From Kondoa subrosea (taxonomy: Eukaryota), in assembly GCA_039545335.1 (NCBI GenBank), contig BCIN01000001.1, forward strand, positions 3,413,136 through 3,477,135: a DNA stretch of 64,000 bases, given 5' to 3'. Each line of letters starts with the position of its first letter. Within the stretch, counting starts at the first letter, position 1. The position numbers and the translations under genes were made by a program. This document shows, piece by piece, positions 63,198 through 64,000 of this stretch. The notes under the pieces were generated by a model that did no database searches, had not been told where the DNA came from, and saw only the letters and a program-made list of their open reading frames with translations.

Positions 63198-64000
63198 CTA
63201 CAGAATCTTTTGTTTTGGGAAAACGAAAGCAGGACCGACTGTAATATAAGGGGCATGAGCATGTACAATAAGCGCAAGAGAGTAAAAGATAAAACGCGAA
63301 CCTTGACCAACAACCATTTGACCTAATTTATGACCTGCTTCAACGGCTTCTTCCAAACTCTTTCCAGCAATCAATGCAGCAGTAAAAGCACCAGCGAAAC
63401 CATCTCCAGCTCCATTGGTGTCTACGATCGATTCTTTTGGTAAAGGAGTTACATCAAACGTTCTGACTTCGTTGGAATCGGAAGTAGCTAAAACAGTTGG
63501 GTTGGTTCCGTGAGTGAGTGCTACTATTCTAGGTTTGCTCTGATCTTCTCTTGGTGAATGAGCGATTTTGAGCGCTACAGTTGACAAATCGGTTGGTGTG
63601 ATGTTGTGGGATCCGGCATAAGCTGCTGCTTCATCTTCGTTACCAAAGACGACGTTCACGTAAGGCATGACTTCATCCAATTGAGATGAGAAGAATTGAG
63701 GGATGAAAGGTGCGGAGAGGTTAAGAGCGAAGGTCTGTAAGGCGGAAAAAGAATCGACATGGATCGTGCTATATTGATCTCGACCGCGACTTACCTTCTT
63801 AGCAGCAGCGGATTGTTTAGCTAACTTGAGAGTGCTTTCCAATCCATGAGTAAGGAAGAAGCCTTCGACATAGTAATGCGAAGCGCCTTCAATTGCTTCT
63901 TTCACTTCAGGTTTGTCCAGATGTGAAGGAGTGAATTTTTCTGCTGCTCCAAGCTTGGTGACCAGTGATCTGTGAAGAAGATCCCGCAATCAGATCTGAC
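63198..64000 (-). CDS. ADO1: Adenosine kinase (3' part; 5' end beyond the window)
   Basis: RSLVTKLGAA, YVEGFFL, NLSAPFIPQFF, FGNEDEA, IVDTNGAGDGFAG (PfkB signature). Confidence 0.92.

Noticed and set aside
1..64000. tRNA/rRNA genes and transposases
   Set aside because: No cloverleaf with A/B boxes, rRNA signature or DDE/RT/tyrosine-recombinase motif recognised by eye; tRNAscan-SE, Infernal and RepeatMasker would be needed to exclude them

Overview
Eukaryotic, gene-dense fungal DNA. The protein similarities and many 45-65 nt introns (GT-AG, some GC-AG, frequent AAG acceptors) suggest a basidiomycete yeast, possibly Pucciniomycotina (inference). About 25 intact, mostly housekeeping genes are recognisable, and their boundaries were reconstructed by hand across introns: FAM214/Atos-like, RCC1/Ats1-like, an MFS transporter, alpha-actinin, POB3, cofilin, a Ser-rich single-pass surface protein, YPI1, a PSD/PsiD-family decarboxylase, acetyl-CoA transporter, heme oxygenase, DPM3, a PEHE/Sas4-like protein, epoxide hydrolase, CK2 beta, a Bem3-like RhoGAP, a CsbD-like protein, a SET methyltransferase, ALG14, peroxisomal thiolase, ARC18, FAM192A/Fyv6-like, S-formylglutathione hydrolase, DEG1/PUS3, a Cdc15/SepH kinase, Swi5/Sae3 and adenosine kinase. 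Two decaying accessory patches interrupt them. At ~2.3-8.8 kb, a ~720-bp direct duplication sits with an F-box pseudogene and a headless Yen1/GEN1-like fragment; at ~32-35.3 kb lie two broken zf-MYND genes. The standout is missed by the ORF track: a 9-exon minus-strand gene (25609-26969) for a 300-aa secreted protein with 34 Cys. Five near-identical 38-39-aa repeats each occupy their own exon, all eight introns are phase 0, and a CAG/TAG tandem acceptor could switch it off. Other splicing oddities are a candidate zero-length exon and microexons in the PSD gene, and a start codon split by an intron in CK2 beta. No tRNA, rRNA, CRISPR array or transposase was recognised.
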